A DNA stretch of 64,000 nucleotides from the human T2T-CHM13v2.0 reference genome, Homo sapiens (GCF_009914755.1 NC_060931.1), one strand, 5' to 3'; shown: positions 1 to 18,028, counted from the stretch's first letter. Made by a program: numbers and translations. Notes: generated by a model not told the origin, from the sequence alone.

Positions 1-560
1 CACTTGCACTGTGCAGGAGTGTTGGGGTGAAGACAATATTGAATTTAAGAAACTAGTTAGGAGAGTATTTTTATACCCAGGAAAATGGGAGTGTAGATTT
101 AGAGTAGGGTGGTGGCAGAATTTTATGTTTGGATGGATATAGGAAGTGACCGAGAGGGACAAATCAAATTTCTGTCTTATATAACTGGCTAACAATCATG
201 CTAATCACCAAAATAAGAGGCGTGAAATTATTTCCCTTTTCAGGGTGAAATTGTTATTTAAATTTTATATACAGAGAGATAGAAGTGGTTCTACAAATAG
301 AGATGCCAAATAGGGAGCTGGCTATGAAGTTTTGTAACTCATAGATGAGGTCAAGGCTAAAGGCTTCAATGTATGAGTCAGCATTTTTTGAAGGGTAATT
401 GAGATTATGGAAGTGGATGAGCTCGCCTAGGAGAAAGCGGGAAATTAACAAAGAGTAGCACATAGCATCAAGTTTGGAAGAACTACAACATGTAAAGACC
501 AGATGAAGAAGAGTCTATAAAGGAGACTGAGGTCTTACCAGAGATATAGAAGAAAAAGGA
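1..560 (-). mobile_element. Degraded L2 LINE fragment
   Basis: Purine-rich tract with remnants resembling the antisense L2 consensus (gagatgccaaataggg...ggctatgaag...tggatgagctcgcctagg). Boundaries approximate. Confidence 0.55.
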
Positions 561-599
561 GACTATCTTGGCAGATCTGACTGTAAGAATCTCACAAGG

Positions 600-775
600 C
601 TTCAGAAATCAGGCTTCTTATCAGGGCACTGCCACTGTGAACCCTCTAGGAACTCACTTTATGAACTCTCTGTGTTTCAACTTCCTCTTGTATAAAATGG
701 GGGATGAGTATACTTAACCTGTGTCTCTCAGGGGGTTTTGAGGACCCAATAAAATGATGTCTGAAGGTCCTTGGA
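600..775 (+). mobile_element. MIR SINE fragment
   Basis: MIR core-like ctctctgtgtttcaacttcctcttgtataaaatgggg...gggttttgagga. Confidence 0.6.
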
Positions 776-919
776 TACCAAAACCCCCTATATTAACAGA
801 AATTATAATGAAGCTTCATTGTTTTCCTTCTTAAGCATGCCACTGGCTTTCTCTGTGTTTCTGACAGTCAGTGTACAGGAAAAGATGCCTCTGGCACGGG
901 GAATTTGCTCAGCTTTCCC

Positions 920-1245
920 AGCCCCTCACCTCTTTAGATAAAGTTCTACTCATTTTTGTATCTCAGATCAAGACTCACTTCAGAAATGCTTGGTCTCAAC
1001 TTTCAATGTGTGCTAGACTCCACTCGAGTTTCCTTTCTTAAGAGGACTTATTTTGGATATTAATTAAACATCATTTTATGATTATTTGTATAGTATTTGA
1101 CTTACGCAATAAAACATATGCTTCATGAGAACATGAACCATGTCTTTATTGATAACTGCTTTATTTTCTTTGCTTAAAATACTGTCTGCGAAAGGCAGGC
1201 ACTTAACAATATTAGTAGAACAAACCAAATACATGAATGAATAAA
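920..1245 (+). mobile_element. L2 3'-end fragment
   Basis: Ends in ggcacttaacaatattagtaga...atgaatgaataaat, the typical L2 3' terminus with a TGAA-type tail. Confidence 0.5.
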
Positions 1246-2974
1246 TGTTCTTATCCTGTTCAAGACAAGAAAGAGGGATTGATGATAGAAAAATAATATT
1301 TGATTTAGCAGCATGCAACTCGTGTGAAATTAGGAAGAGCTAACTCAGTAAAACATTCATGATGAAAGATTAAAGACATTGAAGAGTAAATAGTTTATGA
1401 TATGCAAAAACAGAGAACAGACAACTTGTTCAAGAAGTTTGTCAGTCAAAGAGATGGGAGAGAAGAGTGGAAGTATTCCTCCAAAACTTAATATATAGGC
1501 ATACAGGGGACAATTTTTTATTTGAAAAGGGCACTAGCACAGAGGATGATGAAATACATCAACTTTTGTAAGATATCTGTCTTTGCCTTATTGGTATAGC
1601 ATTGAAGTGGGCCTGCTTGAACATGATTTTTTACTGCAGAGTGAAATGTCCTTCAGTGAGCTTGCTGCAGTGGAGTCTGTGAAGAAAGGTCAGTTGGTGT
1701 CCAAATATGCAAAGTTCAGATGAAGATACATGTAGCTCAAGCTGCTTAGTGCAAGCATAAAGAAAGTAATCATGTATCACATATTCAAAGTCCTTGAAGA
1801 TCCTGTGTGTTGCTTTGAACAGGCTGTGTTAGCACATAAAGGTAGTACAGCACCTCACCAGCCTGGATAAAACACTTCCAACTTTCATCACATACCAGGT
1901 CTTCTCAAAAACCTCAGCTACTCACTTTCATCATCTGAGTTAGTTTTTGGTTAGATTGGAGCACTGTAAATTTCCCCACAATAAAATAATTTCCAAGGAT
2001 GGTGTTCCGTTGTACTTCAGACCACAGGTTAAAACATATTTCCCCAAATTTTCCTGTTTGAACCATAATGAGTGGAACTGTAAACATCCCCAAAAAGGGC
2101 TGCCCCTCTACCTGTAGCTTGGCTGACAGCGAAATTTCATGTTTTTCTCTAGGCTGCTGTCATTTGTTCCCAGGCAACTGACTTTTCAGATAGTCTCTAA
2201 AGCTTGGAGGACAATTTGACGGCTAGAAATTTCCTTTCCTAAAGAGAAAAGTTGGTTTCCTGCCTTCCAGAGAAGACCCAGGGGAGGTAGCTTGTAGAAT
2301 TAGATAATTTTAGGTTCAGTGTCCTAACTAATTGCTGGAGGCATTGATTGTAATATAAAGGGAGGGAAATGCATTTTAAAATGTAAAGTTCCCTCTCAAT
2401 GTTAGACAAATGTCTACTGTAATTAAAATGAACTCGAGTATCATCATAACCCACTATCTACCCAGCATTACATTCTATGACATTTCGTGCCTGTGTCTAA
2501 AAGTAAAAATATTTAGATCTTAAGTGTCTCTTGATGTTTACTCTCTTGAGCAAATAATAAAACGAAAGTTATTGACAATCCTATTTCTCTAACTCTTAGG
2601 ATCTTATAGAAACTTCTCTGAAACTTCTCTCTGGTCTAACTCTTGGAAAATTTCTCATCTACTCAATCTGAGCCAAATTTTCTCTTCTCTCTTCTCCAGT
2701 CCCCTCACAGGCACTAGCCCTACCAGTGGATTTCTATCCTTCCAAAATAAAAAAGATAAAGTCAATTTTGTGCCTCTTAATTTTCCCAGTCAATCATCAC
2801 CCCAATTCTACACAATGAAAAGACAAGAAATTGAGCAGGGAATCAGAATACTCCTTATTGGAGAAAGAGGAGACGTGTGAACTCTTTACATTCTTGTCAC
2901 ACAAGCTAATCCCCAGATTTCTCATTTCTTGAGCAAATGAATATATTGTATACCTATTGACACTAAAGTTGTAC

Positions 2975-3135
2975 CAGTCTCATTTGAATTCAAAGCTGCT
3001 GATACTAGATGTTTGACTTCGGGCAAGTCAGGCAATTTTCTCCTCTCTCAGTGCAGTTAGTAATAGCTACCATAGGAGGATTTTGAGAGGATCACATGGA
3101 TAATATTAAAATGTTTCTGAATGGATCATGGTAAG
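2975..3135 (+). mobile_element. MIR SINE fragment
   Basis: tttgacttcgggcaagtca...aatagctaccataggaggattttgagaggat resembles the MIR core. Confidence 0.55.
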
Positions 3136-6130
3136 CTTGCAACAAGAAGTAGTTCCCTTTGAATAGGACTCTACTTGTGACCATAAAATAACTGGCACAG
3201 TAATAATTATGATGATGATGATGATTAATTTTAATACTTGTACTTTTTTTCTGGCAAATAAGTCAAGTTCAAAAGTTTGTTAGTCACTCTTAACATTTGA
3301 CCTTGAATTGTTGATCCTCATGCTGTAAATACTTTTAAAAGTTTCAATACTCAAATAGCAGGGGAAAAATTCAGAGAGAATAGATTTTAACATTGGTGTT
3401 GGCAAATTGCTTACCTATCATAGTAAAGCTGAATATTTTAAAGAGGTGTTTTCTTTTGTTTCATCACAATTACTTGCACTGACAAAAGCCCTATGAACAC
3501 AATCAATGCTAAAATCTCATATTAGATACTATTTAATACTCTTACCCTCTAAAATTAAAAATTACCTTTAGTTCTACTAACTGTCACTTGACTTTGCCTA
3601 TTTTGTAGTTAATTGTGAAAGTGATTTTCATAAATGTGACATTACCATTAAGATTATTTCAAAACATTTTGATTGGTGTTTACCTTTGCTTCAAAGGAGA
3701 CAGCCAAATAATTTTAGTGTCAGCCTAATCCTCAAGAAGAGCAATTCCAGTGTACTTTTCATTCATGTGTTTATATCAAAAAATGAAACAACAATAGCAT
3801 GCTGAGTCAGTAAGAGGAGAAGAAATAGTAAAAGCCTTTGGGAGATTTTTACTGAGTTGAAAGAGTTTCTTTTAATTGAATAGGTGTTTTACTTGAATAA
3901 TAATTCAATGTATAACCTAGAAATTCTTTTAATACAAGACTTTTGTATTTTTTAAAAGGATTGTAGTTTATGTTAGGGTATCTCTAAATTACATTGGATA
4001 AACTATTGGGTTCTTATGGATTAACTGAATCAGTTTTAATACATGCTTTATTCACCAAGACTGATGGCATTGTTTTACTCAGGGATAAGAGAATACAAAG
4101 TTATTTGCTTATCAAAACACTTCAATACAAAAATAGCAAACATATCTCAGAATAAATACAACCTAAACTGAAAAGTGGCCTTTATAATTGAAAATGAGAA
4201 GTAACTAATCACTTCTTTTGAAATAATGTGAGGGACTAGCAGGAGTGAATGCTATCCATAAGGATTTGAGGCTGGAGAAGTGGAGAGAGAATACACGCAG
4301 GTAGCTTCTCATGTCTTTGAAAATTGTTCTCAGTGGTAGCTTCAAGAAGGGAAGACATGGAGAAGAAAGGTTGTAGTAGAATGTGTTTGAGTATGCTTGT
4401 AAGCTAATTGGAAGAAAGAAAAATTAATATTGACTCATCCATATAGGTTAAACACTCAACTGATGTTTGACATTTACCTTAGGCAAATCAAGGACCTATT
4501 GACCTATGATGACGAGGTCTATGTGGTCATCCAGCCTTCCACAAACCCCTGTCCTGCCCACAGGTGAAAGAGTAAGGAGAGAGAAAAAAAGGAAACTAGA
4601 GACAAGGCTGGTGATTGGATAAGGTGCCACTGTTAGTCCTAAAGTGATATACTTTCCTTAGTGACAGGGAAAAAAAAGAGAAGCATGGATAAAGTTATAA
4701 ATGAGATTAAAGAGGACAATTTTTTGCCAGATGCTAACAGAAGAACAATAATTATAAACCCTTATCACTCTTTATTTTATATATTATTTATTCATTGTTT
4801 GCTATTCTCATTTTCCTACTTCAAAAATGGATTTTGGCCAACTTACAATGGAAGGCACAGTCAGAAAGCACGCCCTTTTATTCGACTGCTTCAGACTCCT
4901 GAAATCACCTCAACTAAGTCATGTCTTTCCTTACCTGGAAAGTCATGACTTATGTAAGTCAAGACTTTTATGTAAGTCACCCAGGAGTTCGTTTTTGGAA
5001 AATTGTCTGCTATATAATGTTTATATAGTAGTCCTGGATAAAACTGTGATTTTTAAGCAAATGTTTTCCTTTTTTTTAAAGTGGTCTTTTTTATTTATTA
5101 TAAATTCAGTATAATCTCTATATTGTATTTTTAACATTTACATGTCCTATTTGATTACTAACAACGTTATATTTTTATATAAATTAGTGAATTCTACTTC
5201 TAGCCATGATGGAAATCAGATTTGTTACCTCCGTCTGAAACAACTAAAAAACTGGACAAACGTTTGAAAACAAAACAAAACAAATCAAAAACCTTTTCAG
5301 AAATGTTAAAACAAGCAGCACAGACTCTAAGCTCTATGAAAAGGAGAGTAAACAGGGTGATCCCTGAAGGCACATTCTGGACCATGGAGTAGAGAAGAGT
5401 ATATTAAGAAGAGCTAAAGATATTTCTCAGTTCAAGAAACAGAAATAAAACCTTTGTTCTTTTCCCAGAAAATCTGAAGCAGAAGTAATTCATTGCCAGG
5501 AAATTTCATGGGGGGAGTTGTTAAAGGAAGTTTTTTAAGATGAAAAATGGTAACGAACAGAAATTAGGTCTACATAAATAAGAACAAGAAAAGTTAAAAA
5601 TATGTGTAAATACAAACTATTTTTCTCACTTAAAATACTCCTTTATAGGATCATTGATTGTCTAACAGAAAATGAATAATGCATTGTGGAGGCTGTAACA
5701 CAAATAGAAGTAAAATCTATGATAATAGCACAAAGGACATGATGAGGAAAATGGAAGCAAATTATTGTACTGTTCTTATTGTATGTGAAGAGGTATAATA
5801 TCATTTGAAGGTGGGCTGATAAGTTAAAGATGCATATTTTAAATGCTCAAAAAATGCCTTAAGGAAAACAGGGGTACAGCTAATGCACCAAGAGTGGAGA
5901 TTAAATTTAATTATAAAATCCACAAAGAGAATGAAAAAAAACAGGACAGAAAACTTAAAGAGAAAATAATTAGTAAGATGGCAGGAAGAAAACCAATTAT
6001 ATCATTAATTATATTAAATGTACAGTAAATGTACTAAATGCTCCAAATAAAACACAGAATTTGTCAGACTGGGGAAAAAAAGGGCAAGGCCTCACTACAT
6101 ATTAGGTACAAGAAACCCATTGTAAATGTA

Positions 6131-6516
6131 TAGTAAGGCCTCATTTATTACTTATATTTTTATATAAATTAGTGAATTCTACTTCCAGCCATGATGGAAA
6201 TCAGATTTGCTACCTCCATCTGAAACAACTAAAAACTGGACAAACATTTGAAAACAAAACAGAACAAAACAAAAACCTTTTCAGAAATGTTACAACAAGC
6301 AGCACAGACTCTAAGCTCTATGAAAAGGAGAGTGGATACGTTCTTGCAAACTACAACTTTAAGTGAAATGATAAAAAACAGATCCTCATAATGATGTTTT
6401 CATTCAACATTGTTTCATTATACCATTGATAAGAAAAAATATTAGTCTCATATGTCTCATTCCTTAAAGTTACAGTTTCCAAGAACCTATATATGACATT
6501 AAGTGAGGACTTACCG
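6131..6516. mobile_element. MER47-type (Tigger5-derived, MER47C-like) MITE with an insertion in its left TIR
   Basis: Left TIR tagtaaggcctcatt[insert]gatacgttcttgcaaactacaactttaag is the inverse of right TIR cttaaagttacagtttccaagaacctat...ttaagtgaggacttaccg. TA dinucleotides flank it at 6129-6130 and 6517-6518, the TcMar-type target duplication. Confidence 0.8.
6152..6333 (+). repeat. Dispersed direct duplicate (182 bp) of 5167-5349
   Basis: Manual alignment from ttatatttttatataaattagtgaattct to ctctatgaaaaggagagt shows about 7 substitutions and 2 single-base indels (~95% identity). Confidence 0.95.
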
Positions 6517-6669
6517 TATAAGGAAAAAGATAGTTTAAAAGTTGAAGGATGAAAAAATATGTACCATATAAACTCTAAACATAAGAAAACTAGGGTGGTT
6601 GTATTAATATCAGACAAAATAGAATTCAGAATAAAGAGAATTACCATAGATAAAGATGAAAACATTTCA

Positions 6670-7015
6670 GGCTGGGTGTGGTGGCTCACGCCTGTAATCT
6701 CAACACTTTGGAGGCGAAGGCTGGTGGATCAGTTGAGCCCACAAGGCTGGTGGATCACTTGAGCCCATGAGTTTGAGATCAGCCTGGGCAACATGGTACA
6801 GCTCTATCTCTAAAAACAAAACAAAACAAAGAAACATAGCCGTGCATGGTGGCACATGCCTGTAGTCCCAGGTACTCGGGAGGCTGAGGTAGGAGAATCA
6901 GTTGAGCCCCAGAGGTGGAGGTTGCAGTGAGCTGAGTTCCTGGCAAACTGCACTCCAGGCTGGTTGACAGAGTGAGACCCTGTCTCTGAAAACAAATAAG
7001 CAAATAATAACAAGA
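6670..7015 (+). mobile_element. AluJ-type SINE with an internal 26-bp tandem duplication
   Basis: ggctgggtgtggtggctcacgcctgtaatc start, J-type gagccc...gagtttgagatcagcctgggcaac, degenerate A tail. 6717-6742 is duplicated at 6743-6768. Confidence 0.9.
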
Positions 7016-8187
7016 AAATCTTTGAAAGTATTGATATAATATGGAGTATGTTCTCTGATTATAACAGAAGCAAATTAGACACGAATAACAGAAATATATA
7101 GAGAAATGATCCAAATAATAGTTAATTCATTTACTTCTTAATAACCGATGGGTCAAAAAGGAAATCACAAAGGAAATTAGAAAACATTTAGAAATGAAAG
7201 GAAAATAAAAACAAATCATATTAAAATTTTTGAGTTGCAATTCAAGAAGTGTTTAGAGGGATAGCCATAACTTTAAATATTGGTATTAGAAAAGAATAAA
7301 TATCTCAAACCAATGATATGAGGCTGCACCTGAAGAAATGAGTAGAGAAAACAAATTAAATTCAAAATAATTAGAAGGGAAAATCTTATACGATAAATGT
7401 GGAAACCAATGAAGATGAGTACAGATGGATAAGAGAGATAATGAAACCAAAATTTGTTCCTGTCTTTGAAATCTTGGGAAAAATATCTAGCCAGATTAAT
7501 CAAGATAAAAGGAAGACACAAATGATTAATATTTAGAATCATAAAGAGGCATCACTATAGTATCTTTAGACGTGTAAAGAAGAGTATATATATTATAATA
7601 TAAAACATAAGCATAAATATAAATAGAATAAAAAATTAGAATGTTAAGAATTTTCTAGCTAATCCAGAACACTTAGAACACTTTAGCTCCAATTATCCTC
7701 CTCAATCCTTTTTCCTTATTATTTATATGCATTTTATTTACACACATATTTTAAACTCAGTGATACATTTTTATAACCTTTGATACAATCTGATATGTGT
7801 GAAGCGTTACTCTTTTCATTTCCTTTATTTTTCCAGCATACTCGTTTTTCCTTGTGGGTTCATTTTCCTTCTGTCTGAAAAATTCCCTTTTGTATTTCTT
7901 TCAGTGCTGTTCTATGAGTGATTATCTTAGCTCATGACTAATAGCCTGCATTTATTGGCTGTTCACTCCAAGATCTGTACCACTGATCTGGCATCATGAA
8001 GACATCTTGGTTAAAATATACAGCACAAAAATTTTAAACTGAGATGATTCAGTGTGATGCCCCTGCACCAAAAATTTTGATCTGACCCAGTCCAGGATAA
8101 AATAAGATAGGTGATAACCTCTTTCTCCAGAAGTTTGTGCTCAACCTCATTTATCAGTAAATAGTAAAATAATGTATTCAAAATGTC

Positions 8188-12472
<4,285 letters not shown>

Positions 12473-12479
12473 TATTTTA

Positions 12480-15400
12480 AAACTTTTTGTTTTATGCAAT
12501 TATCAGAAGTATATTACAGAGTTCCTTTATATGCCAAACTGTTTCCTATATTATTAACATAATAATATGGTAAATTTGTACCACATTACAATGTATCATA
12601 TAATATGGTACAATTACTTCAACAATATTGACACATTATTATTATTTTTAAAATTCATATTTTATTCATATTTCCTCAGTTTTTTTCTCTAATATCTTTT
12701 TCTCTTCTAGGATCCCATACAAAATACTGAACTATAGTTAGTAACCATGTTTTCTAAGCCTTCTCTTAGTTGTGAAAGTTTTCCAAGTTTTCCTTGCTTC
12801 TTGGTTTGGTATTTTGTGTAATGCCCCTCAATGGCAATTTATTTAATATTTTTTTTCATCATTAGAGTAGGGTAATGCGTTTCTTGGGAGGAAGACCAAG
12901 GAGTAAAGCATTATTCTCAGTACATCATATCAAGGGTGCATGTAATCTCCACAAGTTATAACAATTGATGTTGTCCCTGACGACTTGGTTTAAAGTAGTG
13001 TTTATCTGGTGTCTTCACTGTAAAATTAGCTTCATTTTTTCCACATTTTCATAATATACTCTTTGGAAAAAGTCACCAAACACAGCCCAGATTTAAGGAA
13101 TGAGGATGTACGCTCCACCTCCTAATGGCAGAGGAACTATATAAATTATTTAGAATTTTCTGCATGGAAGATTTGTGTCTTCTCACAGATTTATTTATTT
13201 GATCAGTCACTTATTTATATCAGTATGATATATCAGTATATCAGAATAGACTCATGGATATTTATTTTAAACTTTGGGTTATAATCAATGCTATATTTTG
13301 TTGCTCTAATATTTTCAGTGTTGGTTAGCAGTTCTTTCAGTTGACTATTGTGTCTCTTTGACGTAGCCTCATCATTGTGGATTTTTTAGCATCTCCTTAC
13401 TTTTTGCTGATACAAAGTACTTCAGGATTATCTTCTATATTTCCTTCACAGTTTTAGAATCACTTGCAGAATCACGGCTCCTATTTCTTCAAGGAGTCAT
13501 AGTTTCTTTTGGGGAGAGTGATATTAGAAACCAAGATCTAGGTGCTAAGTATACTGCTTGTTTCTGGGTTGCCATTCTTTCTAGGTCACTTCAATTGACA
13601 GAGCAAGGAGATATATGTATATATTAACATCTAACACATTAACACACAGATCTATTACTATTTCTATATGGAACCATCTATTTCAATTTTAATTTCAATA
13701 TTAAGGTAAACATGAGCTCATTCTGTGGTATTATAATCGAATCCATTGCTACATGAATCACTTGTACTTCTTTCTCTTGCCTATTTGTAAACTCCCACTC
13801 CAAAAATGAGAAATCTGGTTCCCATGGGCTATTATTCTATGTGTCCCTTCTTTCACCAATGACATGCTATCTTGATTACTGTAGCCTGGTGGTAACTATT
13901 AAAATTGGGTATTGTGAGTCTTCCAGCTTTGTTCATCTTCCACAGGATTATTTTGGCTATTCTAGGTACTGTACCTTTCTATACAAACTTTAGAAGTCAT
14001 TTGTCAATATCTATAAAATAGCTTCTTTACACTTTATAATTAAGATTACACTGAATTTATAGATAAATTTCAGAATTGGCATGTCAAAAATATTAAATCT
14101 TCAGTCCGTGACCATGGAATACCTCTTCATTTATTTAGATAGGTTTTTTTTGTTAATCAGTGTTTTGAGATTTTCTGTATATAGATCCTGCATTTATTTT
14201 GTCAGATTTATACCAAAAAAATCATTTTTAATTTGCTATTAAAATGGTATTTTTTTAAATTTCAAATTCCAATTGTTCACGGTTGGTACATAAGAAAACA
14301 ATAGACTTTTATGTATTATCTCTGTATCCTTCAGTCTTGATATATTGATTTTTAACTCTTAGGGGTTTTTTTTTTGTCGATTCTGTGCAGTTCTGTATAT
14401 AAACAATCATATTATCTGTAAATACAGACAGTTTTACTTCTTTCTTTCCAATCCATAGATCTCTTCTTTCCTTTTCTTGTTGTCTTATTTATTTTTTAAT
14501 CTTATTGTTTTATTGACTTTACATTTAATAGGAGTGGAGAGAGAGGGCATCATTTTCTTATTCCGGATCTTAGAGAAAAACTATCCAGTTTCTCATGTTT
14601 TGGTATGATATTAGCTTTAGGTTTTACATAGATTTTTTAAAAATAAAATTGGAAAAGTCACCTTGATTCCTAGTTTGACAAACTCGTATGATAAGTTTTT
14701 TTTTTTATCATGAATAGATGTTGGATTTTGTTAAGTGCTTTCCTGAATGAATTAATATGATCATATGATTTTTCTGTTTGACTATATTGATTGATTCCCA
14801 AATGTTGGACGAGGCTTGTATACCTGAAGTGGATCTTACTTGTTTATGGTGTATTCTTTGTTATACATTGTTGAATTTAATTTGATGAGTTTTTAAAATG
14901 ATTTTTTTACTAGGTTTATGGAAGACATTGATTTGTAGTTTTCCTTTCTTGTAATGTATTTATCTGGTTGGATGTTGGTGTAATGCTGTGTAATGAGAAT
15001 GAGTTAGAAATTATTCCCTCTGCATCTTTTTCTGGAAGAGATTTTAGAGGATTGTTATCTTTGTTTCCCAGTAATTGCTTGCCAGAATTCACCAGTGAAA
15101 TCATCTGTGTCTGGTGATTTATTGTTTTTTTCAAAGACTACTTATTAGTATTCATGTTTTAAAATAAATAGAATGTTATTTGGATAATTTATTTCATCTG
15201 TGTGATTTGGTAGTCTGTGTTCTTCAGGGAATTAGTCCATTTTATCTAAGTCATCAAATTTGTTGACACAGATTATTCATATTATTTTTATTAACATTTT
15301 AATATCAATGGAATCAGTTGTAATGATTCCTCCTTCATTTCTGATATTAATAATTTGTACCTTCTTCGCTTTAAAAAATTAGTTAGCCTAACTATAAATT

Positions 15401-17960
15401 TAATAGTTCTTTTCAAAGATGGAATTATCTTTGTTTTTGTTGATTTTTCTGTTGTTTTCTTGCTTTCAGTTTCATTGATTAGTGCCCTAATTTTAATTAT
15501 TTATTTTTCTCTGTTTATGTTAAACTGATCATTATTGATTATTACTTTCTGCTTTTTTTAACATAGAAACTTAGGTTATTGATTTTAGATCTTTTTTTCT
15601 ATTATATGCACTAAATGTTATACATTTTCCTCTAGGCATTACACTGTTTTTAGAGCATGATAATAAATTTTATAAGTTGTATTTTAATTTTAATTTAGTT
15701 CAAAATATGTTTTGTTTCCTCTTGAGACATCTAATTGAACCCATGCTTTATTTAGAAGTATGTTATTTAATTCCAAATATTTGGTGATTTCCCATCTTAG
15801 TTTCTGTTACTGGTTTGTAGTTTAATTTCATTGCTGCCTGAGAACATACTTTGTATAATTCATTTTTTTTATATTTGTTGTATGTTTTATGGCCTAGTTA
15901 GTGGTTTGTCTTGGTGACTGTTTCATGTGAACTTGAGAAGAATGAGTACTAATCTGTTATTGAGGAGAGTATTCTATAATTGTCAATTAGACCAAGATGA
16001 CTGATAGTGCTGTTCAGGCTCAGTCTTATTATTACTGATTTTCTGCCTACTTGATCCATCAATTACTAATAGGGAAGGTATTTTAATCTGTGACTATAAT
16101 AGTGAATTTGTCAAATTCTCCTTTCGGTTCTATGTGTTTTTGCATCACATAATTTGTTGCTCTGTTTTTAGGATTATAACCCCTTTAGGATTATTATGAT
16201 ATCTTTGAGATTTGTCCCCTTTATCATTATGCGTGCTTTCTTCATTGCTATTTTTTTTATTCAGAAGTCTGTTTTGTCTGAAATTCATGTTGCTCTTACA
16301 GCTTTCTTTTGATTAGTATTAGGTCTGTATATCCTTCTCTCTTCCTTTACATTTATCCTATCAGAATCTTTGTATTTAAAATTAGTTTATTTTAAAAGGT
16401 GAATAGTGGAGTCTTGTTTTATTATTCATTCTAAAATCCCTATCTCTTAATTGGGTATATTTAGAACATGTCCATTTAAGGTGATCATTGCTATTTTTGG
16501 ATTCTTATAAATCATGTTTGTAATTGTTTTTATTTTGTCTTGTCAGAGGCTCCTTTTTCTAGCTTCTCTCATTTTAATTGAGCATTTTCTATATTTCCAT
16601 TTTATTTGTGTAGCATGCCAAATATACATCTTTTACAAATATTTTATTGTTGCCCTAGAGTTTACAATATACATTTTTTAGAAAAATAAGTCTACCTTCA
16701 AATAACGGTATTTAATTCCCTAATTCCTTGCTGTTGATCCTATGACATTGCTGTCACTCACTTTGCCTATCTGTATGCTACCATTACCCAATGCTTTGTT
16801 ACTGTTATCACTAAAGAAAGTTAACTTTTGGATAAATTAAGAATAAGAAAAGTAAAATATTTTCCTTTGCTTTCATTTATTCCTTCCTTAATGTTCTTCC
16901 TTTCTTTATCTAGAGCCAAGTTTCTAACGTATACTTTCCTTATTCCTGAAAAAATTATTTGAACGTTTTATATAAGGTAGGTCTGGCTGGTAATAATTTG
17001 TCTTTTTTTTTTTGTTTCTCGGAGACAGTATTTCTCCTTTATCTTTTTATGATAACTTTGTTGGTGTAGAACTGTAGGATTTTTTTTTCTTTTAACAGTT
17101 TAAATTACTCCACTCTCTTCAACCTTGTATGTTTTCAGAGGAGTTTTTACACTTTTTAAGCTTTTTTCCTCCATAGATAATGCTCCCCAACATCCCCATT
17201 GTCTTCTTCCAAGATGATTTCTTGGTATTTGGTGTTCTGCCGTTTGAATATAATATGTCTACATGTAGTTTTAATTATTTACCTTCTTAGTCTCCTCTGA
17301 GCTTCCTGTATTTGTGGTGAGATGTTCATTAATTTTGTGGTTATTTCAAATATATATATATATATAATTCTGCTTGTTCTTTTTCTTCCTTCTGGTTTTT
17401 CAAATACTTACATATTGCGTCTTTTGAAATTTCACCCAAAATTCTTAGGTGTCGTTTTCTTTATTCCATTTTGTTTTTCTGTTTCAGTTTTGGAAATTTC
17501 TAATGCTATATCTTCAAGCTCACTGATTCTTTCCTCAGCCATTTCAAGTCTACTGTTGAACCCATCAAAGACATCCTTTATTTCTGTATCAGGGTTTTGA
17601 TTTTGTTTTGTGTGCAGTATTTCTTTTTGATTCTAACTCCACATTTCCAAACCCCTGCTGATATTATTTATCTGTTCTTGCATATTATTTTCTTTTTTTT
17701 CCAGTAGTAACCATGACATACTTTTACCTTTATTTTATATTCCCTGCAGGATAATTTCAACATTTGCGTTATGTCTGATCCTCATTCCAATACTCAATTT
17801 GTTCCTAAAGCCTACACATTTTTATTGCTTTTTGGTGGGTCTTGTAATTTTTTGTTGAATGATGGACATATTGTTTTTGGTAACAGGAATAGAGGTAAAT
17901 AGGTCTCTGGTATGAGAATTTATGTTAATCTGGTTAGGAATTTAATGTATCCTGTTTGTG
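12480..17960 (-). mobile_element. Old L1M (L1MC/L1MD-type 3' end plus degraded ORF2/ORF1)
   Basis: T-rich + strand. The 3'-end-like tract ctcttctaggatcccatacaaaatac... lies at 12700. ORF 14916-15134 carries a frameshifted ORF2 remnant (EGIISNSF...ITPT). Confidence 0.75.
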
Positions 17961-18026
17961 TAAGCTCATATCTGGCTTTGAGCCACTGTTGTCTATGAGA
18001 AAAAGAACTGCTTTTCTGACTCTGTA

Positions 18027-18028
<2 letters not shown>

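Larger units (their letters stand above)
5195..7570 (+). mobile_element. Old L1M (L1MD/L1ME-type 5' end plus ORF1-end and ORF2 endonuclease remnants), interrupted by a MITE and an Alu
   Basis: Starts acttctagccatgatgg...cctccgtctgaaacaactaaaaaactggacaaa, resembling an L1M 5' end. ORF 6559-6762 contains an ORF2 endonuclease remnant (VVVLISDKIEFRIKRITIDK). The + strand is A-rich. Confidence 0.7.

Noticed and set aside
4914-4980. Short palindromes and repeats (aagtcatgactt; ttatgtaagtca twice)
   Set aside because: Too short to separate from chance or simple slippage without conservation data.
4661-5114. Two overlapping 95-aa ORFs as a small gene
   Set aside because: No recognisable domain, composition typical of AT-rich non-coding DNA, and the first begins at a GTG.
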